A DNA stretch of 64,000 bases. Source: a virus. The DNA is taken from UHGV virus genome UHGV-1374671; one strand, written 5' to 3'. Below are positions 20,387 to 30,772 of this stretch, piece after piece. The first letter of the stretch is position 1; each line of letters opens with the position of its first letter. Position numbers and translations under genes: made by a program. The notes beneath the pieces are model-generated. The model saw only the letters and a program-made list of their open reading frames with translations, did no database searches and had not been told where the DNA came from.

Positions 20387-23304
20387 GCTATCAATTTACC
20401 AATTTCAATCCGAGCGCTGCGTCCGTAACGACAGGCTCTGATTTGTTCAACCAAGGACTGGCTAAGGTTCTTGGTTCCATTATTCCCGGTGGGGAAGCTA
20501 TGGCGGGATTGGCGTCTCCTTTCCTGCAGCGCATGCTGGGCATACAGAACGACGTCCTGATGAACTCCGTCATCATGTCCAACATGACCACTTACGGAAC
20601 GTACCAGCAGAACATGAGCCGCATGGCCTCCATGATCGGACAGCAGAGCGCTGCTCCGTTCATGAACGCAGCTCAGAATCAGTTCCTGCAGGGCATCGCC
20701 CGTACCATGACGTCCGAGGAGGCCTACCGGCAGAAGTTTATTGAGGGCAAGACGAACGCCCCCACCTACCAGGCCTACATCAATAGCGAAGTGCAGGGAC
20801 TGAAGAACAACCCAATCACCAGCACCCTGTATAGCATGTTGGATCCGATGAGTATGAACGACGCCGGCAGGTATATGGGATACACTGCCACCAACATGAT
20901 CCAGGCTGGACTGGCCGCTGGCAACCGCAATGCGTTCGCCAATGTCAAGACGGTCATGCGCGGTCTGTTCCAGGACGAGAATGGGAATTACAATTTCAGC
21001 TCCAGTGATTACGGTGGCATGGGACAGACCGAAGTGACGGCTCTGATGGCGGCTCTCACCAAGAACACGGATTTCCTGAAAGACGCTGATCTGACCAAGG
21101 CCGGATCTCTTGGTGACGCAGCCAAGAGATTGAAGGACACTGTGCAGGAGTATGCCAAAGCGCTGGCCCCTCTGAAGGACGTGTTTGGAAAAGACATCCC
21201 AGGCATGCTCCAGTCCATTGAGGAGCTCACCGGACAGAGCATAGCCACCATGGATCCGGAAAGAGCCCGTTCCGTGGCCATCAGGGCCATCGACAGCACC
21301 AGCACGGGTAGATACTCGCTGCAGCACCTGACAGCGATCTCCGGAGTTATGAATCAGCAAATGAGAGGCATGAATGTTCCTACCCTGAACCGGCTGAACG
21401 CCACGCTGTATGCCAGCCGTGCATTGGACTACATGAAAGGAGGTGTCATGCCGAATTTCATGACTGCAGACGACTTCAACAACGCTGCGGCGAACCTCGC
21501 GCTGTCCACTGCCAGCTCCAATGGCGCGGACATGTTCGATCAGGCGTACTCACTGTGGGCTCACAACCAGGAAATGGCCGGCAAGGATTCCAGCATAGAC
21601 ACCTTCAAAGACATGGTGCAGAAAACGGCTGGTCCCAATGGAAATATGCTGAAGGCCGCCATGGCTGTCGCTGGTGCGAACAGTTCCATGGACCTGGAAC
21701 GCGGCATGAACTATTCAGGGTACAGGAACGCAAAAGAAACCGGACTGGGACAGGGCATGGCCTTCGATTCATACCTGAAGCAGGAGGGCAGAGTCGCCAC
21801 GGACTACGTGGCAGGCAACAAAGGGCTGCGTCAGTCCCTGGGAGCCATTGCCGGCAGGGAGATCGGATACGAAGAAACGTACCAAATGTTCCAGAAGACA
21901 CTGGATCTGGTTGACAAGGATGTCAGTCTTCTCAACATGAACGACACACAGCGCAGAGCCGCGTTGAAGCAACAGGGACTGACCGACGCCGAGATCAACA
22001 TGCAGAACGTCCTCATGACCCGTATCACCCAGGACTCCTGGTTCACGCCGTTTGTAGGACAGCTGTTCATGGTGGACGGCTTCCGCAAGCAGGAGCAGGC
22101 TCGCAACAAGGCGGCCGAGCGCAGAAGTCTGATAGAGTCCCTGGACGTCAGCATTGCACAGGACGAGAAAGGATTGTTCCGCAAGCTGTTCGTAGACGGC
22201 GGAAAAGGGTTGCGCGACGGCGCTGTCACTGATATGCTGGCCAATGTGCAGCGGCTCGGTCTGGCAGGCTCGAAAGAAGCCGTGCAGGAAATGGAAGCGC
22301 TTCTGGTGATTGGTGCCAGGGAGGCTAACAGAACCATCGGAACCATAGACGGGCGGGCCAAGACACTTGCTGATTACGGGAAAGAAGTCAGAGAACTGTA
22401 CAGCGAGGATTCTGACACATACAAGACCTGGGTCAGGATGCAGGAAGCGAAACAGAGAATGGGTGGTTCAAGGACTCCCATCACGTATGAGCGTTTCGTT
22501 TCCATCCGTGCCCAGGCCATGAAGGCACGTGACGAGAAGGCGAGACAGAATGCAGCCAGAGATCTGGGCGTGTACGGCAGCGATGTTGCCGGTTTGAGCA
22601 ATGCCGGGTTCCGCACCAATCTGGAAAGGTGGATGCAGCTGTCCCAGAAAGAGAATCTGACGGACGCCGAGAAAGAGGAAATGAACACCGCCGAGAGCAT
22701 GGTTGTTCTGTACAGGGATCTTGGCGAGGACGCTCTCACCAGGCATATAGAGTCGTACACGGATGAGGTGACCTCGGATGACGAGCGCAAGAGGATGCAG
22801 TTGTCCGCTGAGAAGGAACTGGCCACCGTCTACCGGAAGCACGGTCGACAGGCCACTCTGAACTTTGTACAGCGCCGCGCCATTGAGAACAAACTGTCGG
22901 ACATGAAGGACTCCTCGCAGCTACTTGAGATGTGGGCTAAGGCGCAGGATTATGCCGGGATTACGGAACAGACCTCCAGCATCGACGCGGACAAGATGAA
23001 CGAAGCCTATAAGCGCATGGAAGCGGATTACAAGGCTGGGCGCAATCTTGGAGGCAGGACCAAGGAGCAGGCGCTGGCTGACCTTGAACAGCTGCGTCAG
23101 GGTGTGAACGAGGCGTCCACGGCGGTGGGACTGGGCGCCGGCCAGCAGGGAGATCAATTCAATGTGCTGGCAACGGCCATTCAGGACCTTGTCGAGTGGC
23201 TGAAAACCAACAAGACAGTCAACACCAACAGCGCCACCAACACAAGCAATACGAGTAAGGAAGTGAAGCCAAACGCCGGCAGCGGCGCGTCCGGTACATG
23301 GTAA
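20383..23304 (+). CDS. tail tape measure protein
   Basis: 973 aa, A/G/M/Q/N-rich helical low complexity; position after chaperones. Confidence 0.6.
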   Translation: MSYQFTNFNPSAASVTTGSDLFNQGLAKVLGSIIPGGEAMAGLASPFLQRMLGIQNDVLMNSVIMSNMTTYGTYQQNMSRMASMIGQQSAAPFMNAAQNQFLQGIARTMTSEEAYRQKFIEGKTNAPTYQAYINSEVQGLKNNPITSTLYSMLDPMSMNDAGRYMGYTATNMIQAGLAAGNRNAFANVKTVMRGLFQDENGNYNFSSSDYGGMGQTEVTALMAALTKNTDFLKDADLTKAGSLGDAAKRLKDTVQEYAKALAPLKDVFGKDIPGMLQSIEELTGQSIATMDPERARSVAIRAIDSTSTGRYSLQHLTAISGVMNQQMRGMNVPTLNRLNATLYASRALDYMKGGVMPNFMTADDFNNAAANLALSTASSNGADMFDQAYSLWAHNQEMAGKDSSIDTFKDMVQKTAGPNGNMLKAAMAVAGANSSMDLERGMNYSGYRNAKETGLGQGMAFDSYLKQEGRVATDYVAGNKGLRQSLGAIAGREIGYEETYQMFQKTLDLVDKDVSLLNMNDTQRRAALKQQGLTDAEINMQNVLMTRITQDSWFTPFVGQLFMVDGFRKQEQARNKAAERRSLIESLDVSIAQDEKGLFRKLFVDGGKGLRDGAVTDMLANVQRLGLAGSKEAVQEMEALLVIGAREANRTIGTIDGRAKTLADYGKEVRELYSEDSDTYKTWVRMQEAKQRMGGSRTPITYERFVSIRAQAMKARDEKARQNAARDLGVYGSDVAGLSNAGFRTNLERWMQLSQKENLTDAEKEEMNTAESMVVLYRDLGEDALTRHIESYTDEVTSDDERKRMQLSAEKELATVYRKHGRQATLNFVQRRAIENKLSDMKDSSQLLEMWAKAQDYAGITEQTSSIDADKMNEAYKRMEADYKAGRNLGGRTKEQALADLEQLRQGVNEASTAVGLGAGQQGDQFNVLATAIQDLVEWLKTNKTVNTNSATNTSNTSKEVKPNAGSGASGTW

Positions 23305-23323
23305 ACAAGGGGCGGTAACAGTA

Positions 23324-23803
23324 ATGGCACTACAGCTTTTCAATTCAGGTATGGGAACAGTAAGCAAGACCGTGCTGGGTCAGCGTACTGCGTTCATCAC
23401 CTTTACAGATACGTTGAGAAAGGTTATCACAGCCACTGCTCCGGTTACCGGGGTGCGTGTTATGCAGCGGGTGGATTTTTCGGTTACGAAGTCGCTCAGC
23501 AAAGATTTCTTGATCTCGGCGTTCGGTGACCAGCCTGTGCAGATCGTGATTTCTGGAATGAGCATCTTCGCTGCCGGCTGTTCGGATGACGGCGACTCCT
23601 CAAACGCAATCCCGAAGTTCTACAGACAGAATCGAATCAGTACAGACCTGGATAAGCGTGTACAGGTCGGTATAGCCGGGCTGGGAAGCTCCAGTCAGGC
23701 GTTCAATTGCGCAGTGGTCGGGCTTGATTTGGAGGCGAACTCTGAGAACGCACAGGCCGGTACCAATACATACACGCTGACACTGGTTGGAGTTGAACTA
23801 TGA
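23324..23803 (+). CDS. tail protein (hypothetical)
   Basis: ORF, translationally coupled to next. Confidence 0.45.
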   Translation: MALQLFNSGMGTVSKTVLGQRTAFITFTDTLRKVITATAPVTGVRVMQRVDFSVTKSLSKDFLISAFGDQPVQIVISGMSIFAAGCSDDGDSSNAIPKFYRQNRISTDLDKRVQVGIAGLGSSSQAFNCAVVGLDLEANSENAQAGTNTYTLTLVGVEL

Positions 23804-24234
23804 CGAATCGCTTATACGGACTGCTGACCTACGGGCACAACCTGGAAGGTTCCTATTACAAAAAGCTGCATACTCCCGTTTTTCCTACGAATAATGGGAT
23901 TGAAATCCAGAAAATCATACTTTCCGGTGTACCTGAGGAAAGAATTCCAATGCTGGCCTGCTTTCTCTGCTACGAGGTGATGTTCACCGAATTCGGAGCT
24001 GAGATCAGGGAGCTGGACGGAAACAACACATACAACCCGGTGTCGAAGAACCCGAGTCTTGGTGTTCTTGACCAGAACAACCTGCTGCATGACCTGACAG
24101 GTCCAGTGTCCGACTACAAGTTCATGTATCGATATCTTGCGGATGATATTGTTTCCAGACTGTCCGTTCCTACCTGGCTGGACCTGATGGCGGCTGGTTG
24201 CCTGCAAATGCTGAGGGAAACGGAGAACAGCTGA
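23800..24234 (+). CDS. tail protein (hypothetical)
   Basis: ATGA overlap. Confidence 0.45.
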   Translation: MTNRLYGLLTYGHNLEGSYYKKLHTPVFPTNNGIEIQKIILSGVPEERIPMLACFLCYEVMFTEFGAEIRELDGNNTYNPVSKNPSLGVLDQNNLLHDLTGPVSDYKFMYRYLADDIVSRLSVPTWLDLMAAGCLQMLRETENS

Positions 24235-24235
24235 T

Positions 24236-25924
24236 ATGCCTGTTGTGAAGTCAAATCTGTCCAGTGATGCTGTTGGCATAATCCGACTTACCGCCGGTGG
24301 TTCCTCTTTTGTATGTACTGCCTTGCAGTATACGATGCGGATGAACAACATCCCGGTCGCAACTGTCACCATTGGAAGCGGAGCGTCTCTGCGGTCACCA
24401 GGAGGTCGTTATCAGACTCCGGAGGAATTGTTGTCCGCAGTGCTGGACAAGCGCAAGGCTGCGTACTCCGACATGGTTGAATGCGCTATGGAAGAGGTCA
24501 TCAACATTGGTGGAGTAAGGCGTACCACTACGATATTCAAAGGCGTGATCGTAACTGGGTCCCCTGTTTACAGGGCCGGCACCCCTACCACCAGAATGAT
24601 CCGGTTCATGTGCATGAACAAGGTCTGCAAGCTCTACACCAAGCCGTTGACCGAGTATGTCAACATGGCAGGCACAGAAGTGATCCAGAAATGGCAGAAG
24701 CGTGACCCGTTCGCAGTGGCCGGAGCTATGGAGCATAACAACCTGTACAGCACAGGAAAACTCAGCGTACCGCAGCTGCTGGAACGTTATGCGTCCAAGC
24801 TGAAGGATGCTACTGTTGTGGAGCGCGTTTCCACCATCACCGGAGCCGTGTTGAATGCAGCTTCCTATCAGGAGAGGGGTGAGACCACTGATTTCAACAT
24901 CGGCGAATACTTCTGCGGAAAGGCCAGGCCGAACACTGATGATTACGGAGATCAGTGTGGAGATGAGTTCAACTCCACATTCTGTCAATACTTGATCCAG
25001 GCCATGCAGAATTCCTCCATTTACGACGCCCTGCAGAGTGTGCTGACATCCGAGTCCTATATGTTGGATCTGCTTCCCAGATGGGACGGCGAGTCGAAAG
25101 AGGACTTCCGTATGGAGATCAGACCTTCCGAGGCCTGGAATCCTAGCGAACCGATCACCATCAAGGAATCTTCCGTCATCGGTATAGACTCCAATTACAA
25201 TCCGATTGCGTGTGTGAACACGCCTGAGGTGTTCATTGTGAACTTCAGTGACGCTGTCGAGTTTGCCATGGACAACATGCCGAACGGCCGTATTGGCCTG
25301 AACGGGGTGTACGCGATGAATGAGACCCTGTGCAACGCGCTCAAGCAGCGCTATCGGAGCGGGAACTCCTGGCTGTCGGCCGAAGATGGAAAACGCATGT
25401 ACAGGGCAAAGTTGTACACGGCCCCGTTCTGGATGCAGCCTGCCATTATCGACCCCAAAAAGGCGAGGAAAGGCACAGACGGCAAGAACTCGGTCAAGAA
25501 CGAGCTTCCTCCTATGGACCCGAAATCTGACAACGAGCAGCCAGATACTCCGGAACCCGCATCCGAGACCCAGAAAAGACTCAATGACATCGCAGACGAC
25601 ATTGCCGAGTCCCTGTTCGCGTTTATTTACGGGAGACAGGACAGATCCATAGTCAGTCTGTACCCGTCACTGCGTTTCGGATACGGTGACGTGTCCCTGG
25701 AAAACAATCTGGGAAAGGCGGTCGACATCGAGTTCACGCCGGACAGCAGAAACAGCTCTTCCGCTGCGAAATCCGTTATGAATATCAGGGGTATTCTGGA
25801 AGCTGTTCAGTACGATTACACCGCAGGACAGTCCACTTCCGCATCGTACACCATAGAACTGAAGTGCGTCCGTCCGCTGGACAAAAACGAGCCGGCTGTA
25901 CCTTGCAAGTTATACAAAGAATAA
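24236..25924 (+). CDS. baseplate hub/late-control-D-like protein (putative)
   Basis: 562 aa after tape measure gene. Confidence 0.35.
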   Translation: MPVVKSNLSSDAVGIIRLTAGGSSFVCTALQYTMRMNNIPVATVTIGSGASLRSPGGRYQTPEELLSAVLDKRKAAYSDMVECAMEEVINIGGVRRTTTIFKGVIVTGSPVYRAGTPTTRMIRFMCMNKVCKLYTKPLTEYVNMAGTEVIQKWQKRDPFAVAGAMEHNNLYSTGKLSVPQLLERYASKLKDATVVERVSTITGAVLNAASYQERGETTDFNIGEYFCGKARPNTDDYGDQCGDEFNSTFCQYLIQAMQNSSIYDALQSVLTSESYMLDLLPRWDGESKEDFRMEIRPSEAWNPSEPITIKESSVIGIDSNYNPIACVNTPEVFIVNFSDAVEFAMDNMPNGRIGLNGVYAMNETLCNALKQRYRSGNSWLSAEDGKRMYRAKLYTAPFWMQPAIIDPKKARKGTDGKNSVKNELPPMDPKSDNEQPDTPEPASETQKRLNDIADDIAESLFAFIYGRQDRSIVSLYPSLRFGYGDVSLENNLGKAVDIEFTPDSRNSSSAAKSVMNIRGILEAVQYDYTAGQSTSASYTIELKCVRPLDKNEPAVPCKLYKE

Positions 25925-25935
25925 GGAATACCGGC

Positions 25936-26742
25936 ATGGAAAATCTATTTGATCGAATTGTCAAAACCGTACCGCCGCCGAAGCCGGAAGACGTGGCTAA
26001 GCTCAACGAATTGGATGCAGCAAAGCAGCCCGACCCGACAAAACCGCTTCCGTTGAAGGACCTGGTTGCACGGTGGCAGAAAAACCCGACTTCGGAGGAC
26101 ACTTCCGAGATCCTTCATCAGCTGCAGCCTACCATCAAGTCAGCTATGACCAGTTACGCTCCTGGCATGGATAAACAACTGTCCATCAAGGCGGCCACAC
26201 TTGCGCTGGATGCAATGAAGACATACAATCCGGATAAAGGCGCCGATCCTACTACGCATGCGTTTCACAATCTGAAACGACTCAGCCGGCTCAGCGCCGA
26301 CAGGAACAGCATCATTCCGCAACCGGAGGGGGCCAGGTTGGAGACTCAGCGGTTGATGGAACTTGCGGCGCGTTTCGAGGACGAGAGGGGTCGTGAGCCC
26401 TCCTTTGGAGAGCTGGCGGACATGACAGGCCTGAGCACCAAGCGCGTTGCCAAGCTGATGAGCGGCAATACAGTCATCAACGACACCAGCAGTCTGTCGG
26501 AGGAATCCAAGGAGTCCACGTTCACTCAGAAGGATCTCACTGACGAGGACTATTTCGAGTATGTGTACTCCTCTGTCGGACCTGTTGATCAGAAGATCAT
26601 GGAATGGACGTCAGGAATGCATGGCAGACCGCAGCTGAGCAACGGGGAAATCGCCACTAAGCTGGGGATCAGCGCCGCAGCGGTGAGCCAGCGCAAAAAC
26701 AAGATCATGCAGATGATATCGGATGTGAGGGCCGTGCTATGA
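25936..26742 (+). CDS. sigma-70 family RNA polymerase sigma factor (FliA/sigma-28-like)
   Basis: region-2-like (DPTTHAFHNLKR), region 3 HTH (GELADMTGLSTKRVAKLM), region 4.2 HTH (GEIATKLGISAAAVSQRKNKIMQ). Confidence 0.6.
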   Translation: MENLFDRIVKTVPPPKPEDVAKLNELDAAKQPDPTKPLPLKDLVARWQKNPTSEDTSEILHQLQPTIKSAMTSYAPGMDKQLSIKAATLALDAMKTYNPDKGADPTTHAFHNLKRLSRLSADRNSIIPQPEGARLETQRLMELAARFEDERGREPSFGELADMTGLSTKRVAKLMSGNTVINDTSSLSEESKESTFTQKDLTDEDYFEYVYSSVGPVDQKIMEWTSGMHGRPQLSNGEIATKLGISAAAVSQRKNKIMQMISDVRAVL

Positions 26743-27104
26743 GTCAAGACGCCGCTATTCTGGCCGCTATAACCAGGGAAGAAGTTCAGGAGATCGATCG
26801 TCTGCTGTGGCCCATCATGTTCGGCACCGAGAAAGAGGTCGAAGAACCCAGCGCTCTTGACTCCACCATGCTGAACCGCGAGGAGGCTGACAAGATAGAC
26901 CAAATCACCGTGGCCACTACGTTGGGAGGAGAGGAGCTGCACGCAGCTTCCAGAGCATACTCCATTGTCCAGGAAGGTCAGCGTGTCCGCAGAGACGTCA
27001 ACATTGCCAGGGCGTCCAGAAAGGATCTGTGGTTCTCCCAGTTGGGCATCATGTTCAAACGGAAACGCCAGCTAGAAGCAAAACTGACCAAGGAGAAGAA
27101 ATGA
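26739..27104 (+). CDS. hypothetical protein (121 aa)
   Basis: ORF, coupled. Confidence 0.45.
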   Translation: MSQDAAILAAITREEVQEIDRLLWPIMFGTEKEVEEPSALDSTMLNREEADKIDQITVATTLGGEELHAASRAYSIVQEGQRVRRDVNIARASRKDLWFSQLGIMFKRKRQLEAKLTKEKK

Positions 27105-27472
27105 GCAAGGACATTCTGATGATACCAGACCAGTCCGGCGATGTTTCGTTCTCCATATTGGGAGAGCAGAACGATACCGGGTTGTCGCTGCTGCAGCGTC
27201 TGTACGTGATTCTGCTGTCTCCCAGCGGGGATGCTTACAGAGGCGGTTCCGGCATGTCGCTGCTTCAGTTCGCAGAGGGTGCCAACACCCCGCCTGATTC
27301 TGTGTTGAACTCGATGCTTGCTATTGCCTGCGCCAACGCGCTGAACCAGCTGGACGACGAGGACGCCCGTCATGTTTCGTCGTTCTCAGGTACGGCGTTG
27401 GATGCCAATATAACATTCGTGCTGGAGCTGACGGATGGAACCACAGTGAAAGGACTGCTGACAAATGCCTGA
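27101..27472 (+). CDS. baseplate assembly protein W/gp25-like (putative)
   Basis: 123 aa; position immediately before J-like wedge gene. Confidence 0.35.
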   Translation: MSKDILMIPDQSGDVSFSILGEQNDTGLSLLQRLYVILLSPSGDAYRGGSGMSLLQFAEGANTPPDSVLNSMLAIACANALNQLDDEDARHVSSFSGTALDANITFVLELTDGTTVKGLLTNA

Positions 27473-29012
27473 TACGTATATAGAACCTACACAGACTGAA
27501 TTCGATACCGCCGAACAGGTGGCCATCGATGTCGTGAACACCAATTCTCCTTCCGTGATGACCAAAACCGGTTCTGTGATCCGTGAGCTGGTGGTCCGGC
27601 CGCTCTCGTACCTGTTTGCCTGGTCGTCGAGCAACATAGCCAATCTGCAGGAAAAGTCCAGTGTCGAATATTTGATGACGTCGCAGGCCACTGACAATCC
27701 GCTGGCTGACCAGGTGGCGTCCAACTACTTCGTAACACGTAACACCGGTACGAGATCGAAAGGAATCATAACGCTGACGCTGAACACCGGGGTCACCAGA
27801 ATCGCCCAGGGATCCACATTCCAGGCCGGTGATCAGAAATTGATCACTGATGATCAGATTATTGTCACGTCCACTGAGATGACCGACGTTATCGAAGGCG
27901 TCACTTATGTGAAGTCCATTCCTCTTGGAGACGCGTACCTGGCGAACATCCCCGTGGTGGCTACCGCCGTCGGGAAGATCGAAGTTCCGGTAGGAACCCC
28001 TGTCGAAGTGGAGTTCATCAACGGCGTCGTCCTGGACGCGGAGCTGACGTCGGCGGTCACTGGCGGTTCCGACACTGAAACGGATGCATCCATGATGAAG
28101 CGAGCCAGGTACAATACGGCGGAGTCCGGCATCGGCTCCTATTTCGGGTTGAAGAAGAAGTTCTCAAAAGCTCCGGTCACTGTACTGGGGCTGTCCGTGG
28201 TAGCAGGCGAGGACACCCCGATGTTCCGCGCCAGATACAACAACGTGAATGTCAACCCTGGAGGGTTCGTGGACACGTACCTGAAGACACAGGTGCAGCC
28301 GTCCACCACCTCTGTGGTCGTCACTGCCACCAAAGGGTCCGACGGTCGCTATTCAGCACTCCTTACCGGAGACACCTGCTCCGGGTTCTACAGAGTCGTA
28401 TCCGTTGTCGCCGGCGGCGAGTATGTGGATTCCTTCTCGGTCGAGTTCGGAACGGCCAACAATATGTCCAACGCCGAGGGCAGCAGACTGTCCGTGGATC
28501 AGACGGCCACTGTCACGTTCACCAGTACAGCGACGGACGCTACGCTTGAGACCAGCATCATGGTCGAATACATGCCAGGCATCAGCCAGCTGCAGGAATA
28601 CATCGACAGCGACAACGAGCGCTTCATCGGACAGGACATCAAGGCCAAAGCCGCCGTACCTGTTGTCGTATCGTTCGACTGCGCGGTGCGCGGACAGGAA
28701 GAACTTTCCGAAGCCGACGTGGCGCTGCTGAAGCAGGCGATTGTGGATTACGTGAACAGCATCGAAGTCGGCACCAAAACCGTAAACTTCTCCGACATCA
28801 GAAAAGCCTGTCAAACCGTGCTGCCGACTGCGGAGCTGCGACTGCCGTGCATCATGTCGGCAGAGATGGTTCTCAAGGACGGTACGCTGGACACCTTCTA
28901 CACCAGAACCGGCATCCTTGACATCGGCAATCAGGCCAACGAAGGCTACTGGGATCCGCTGATGTGCTTCTTCAGCTTAACCTTGGACAAGGTCAGGATT
29001 TCGCAGATATGA
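27465..29012 (+). CDS. baseplate J/gp6-like wedge protein (putative)
   Basis: 515 aa; gene order. Confidence 0.4.
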   Translation: MPDTYIEPTQTEFDTAEQVAIDVVNTNSPSVMTKTGSVIRELVVRPLSYLFAWSSSNIANLQEKSSVEYLMTSQATDNPLADQVASNYFVTRNTGTRSKGIITLTLNTGVTRIAQGSTFQAGDQKLITDDQIIVTSTEMTDVIEGVTYVKSIPLGDAYLANIPVVATAVGKIEVPVGTPVEVEFINGVVLDAELTSAVTGGSDTETDASMMKRARYNTAESGIGSYFGLKKKFSKAPVTVLGLSVVAGEDTPMFRARYNNVNVNPGGFVDTYLKTQVQPSTTSVVVTATKGSDGRYSALLTGDTCSGFYRVVSVVAGGEYVDSFSVEFGTANNMSNAEGSRLSVDQTATVTFTSTATDATLETSIMVEYMPGISQLQEYIDSDNERFIGQDIKAKAAVPVVVSFDCAVRGQEELSEADVALLKQAIVDYVNSIEVGTKTVNFSDIRKACQTVLPTAELRLPCIMSAEMVLKDGTLDTFYTRTGILDIGNQANEGYWDPLMCFFSLTLDKVRISQI

Positions 29013-30331
29013 ATTGGATCGCCAAAACAAAGTACATACTGGGCAAGTTCTGGGTCACGTTATTTGGTGACTCTGATTTTATACTTGGAGTAGAAAAGCT
29101 CCATGCACTGTTCGGGCGGCTGAAGGAGAACTCGCTGTTTAACTTCAAAGAAGGCAAAATCTCTCGCAGCAAAGCGTTTAAGCAGGATATAGCCCCGGTT
29201 GTCATCTACATAGACTCCCTTCAAGTCAGGGCTCCTTATTCCTCCGTGGATTCCATCTTGAACGGGGGTACGATTGGGGGGTCACAGCAGAACGCCGGCT
29301 GGGTGGCCGAGTGTACTGCGGATATTGCGTACCCTGACTACCTTACCGATCACGCGGTGGACTTCACCAAAACACTGTTTGCCGGTATTGACTACGAAGT
29401 GAAGGGACGACAGTTCCTGTTCTATGTTGATCCGTCCACAATCGGGTTCCCAACTGTCAAGAGATCTGATCCAGACGGGACGCTGCATGTCTACTATGTC
29501 GTTTTCGGATGGCGTCGCCGCACGTATGCACAGAAGGACGCCGTTGCCGGTTTCCTGGACCCTGCGCTGTCTCCTTACGCGGACAAGGCCTGGGACGTGT
29601 ATATGAACGGCGCGACCTATTACAACACGAAGATGCTGCTCGGCGCCATCACCGGCGCCGTGATCTGCGAGAATGACGGTGTTGTAGATCATCTGTGGCA
29701 GGAACAGGATTACTGGTGCATGCTGGTGGGAGACAAGGTGTACAGCGCCAAGAACGGTATTCAGATCAACTTCGATCACGGCGACGACGTGAAACAAGGG
29801 GACATCCTGTTTGGAAGCATGCGTTTCTACAGCGGACGAGATCTTCCTCCCTATTCCGAGGTTCCTGGAATCCGTGTTCGTACTGATGTAGGCGGGATGA
29901 TCGCACCCAACAACGACACGGCAGCGTACCAGGTGGAAGGAGAGAACATTCTTCCGCTTACCGAGAGCGCTTCCAGGGTTCAGCTGTACAAGGACAGGGC
30001 ATATGAACTGTCCCAGGATCAGAAATGCCCGTATACGTCGATTCCAGCCACTGTGAACCCCTTCAAATTCATCATGCAGGATATGAGACGGGGTCGTGGT
30101 TGTTTTGCAATGCTGACCACCGACAGGCTTCAGAGCATTAATCCTGCCTTGCAGGTGATCCGGGAAGGGATCTGCGCGTCCGGCATCCTCAATGTATTTG
30201 TAAAGGCTGAAGGAGACACCGTAGGGGTCACTGTATCCGACTTCACAGCTGAAACTGGGAATGCGGCGGTGTCTGTGGATGCCACAATTACAATTCAGGA
30301 AGCCTCGGTTGAGGCAAGGGTGTTCATATGA
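29009..30331 (+). CDS. baseplate/tail protein
   Basis: ATGA overlap start at 29009. Confidence 0.4.
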   Translation: MNWIAKTKYILGKFWVTLFGDSDFILGVEKLHALFGRLKENSLFNFKEGKISRSKAFKQDIAPVVIYIDSLQVRAPYSSVDSILNGGTIGGSQQNAGWVAECTADIAYPDYLTDHAVDFTKTLFAGIDYEVKGRQFLFYVDPSTIGFPTVKRSDPDGTLHVYYVVFGWRRRTYAQKDAVAGFLDPALSPYADKAWDVYMNGATYYNTKMLLGAITGAVICENDGVVDHLWQEQDYWCMLVGDKVYSAKNGIQINFDHGDDVKQGDILFGSMRFYSGRDLPPYSEVPGIRVRTDVGGMIAPNNDTAAYQVEGENILPLTESASRVQLYKDRAYELSQDQKCPYTSIPATVNPFKFIMQDMRRGRGCFAMLTTDRLQSINPALQVIREGICASGILNVFVKAEGDTVGVTVSDFTAETGNAAVSVDATITIQEASVEARVFI

Positions 30332-30771
30332 TGTCGCAATGGCTAAAGGACGGCAAACGCTTTATCTCGGAACTCATAGCAGGCTCTCAAAAGAAAATCA
30401 ACGGCATGTATATCGAGTACAGGCCGTTTAAGGAAAACGGCGGACTTAATAAGGACGCGGCATACTATGAGAACCTGTTGAAAAGTCCGGATTCAGGCTT
30501 TGCTCGTATCGCCATCCAGAGTGCGACAGTCGGTACGGACGGCGTCATTCAGTTCACCGCTTTGCTTACAACAGAAGACCTGAAAGGCGGCGCTATCACG
30601 GAGAATACCGTTCTGACCAGCGCCACCCTGGTGCATATGCCGTCAGAGTGCATGGTCGACGATGTGCTGATCTATAATGCCCTGTTCGGCGGTCGGTACG
30701 GCAACCTTCCCATCAAAGTGGTCAAGGGCGCCTATACAACTGTGAATGTACGCCTATCGTTAGGAGATTGA
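30328..30771 (+). CDS. hypothetical tail protein
   Basis: ORF coupled. Confidence 0.45.
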   Translation: MMSQWLKDGKRFISELIAGSQKKINGMYIEYRPFKENGGLNKDAAYYENLLKSPDSGFARIAIQSATVGTDGVIQFTALLTTEDLKGGAITENTVLTSATLVHMPSECMVDDVLIYNALFGGRYGNLPIKVVKGAYTTVNVRLSLGD

Positions 30772-30772
30772 C

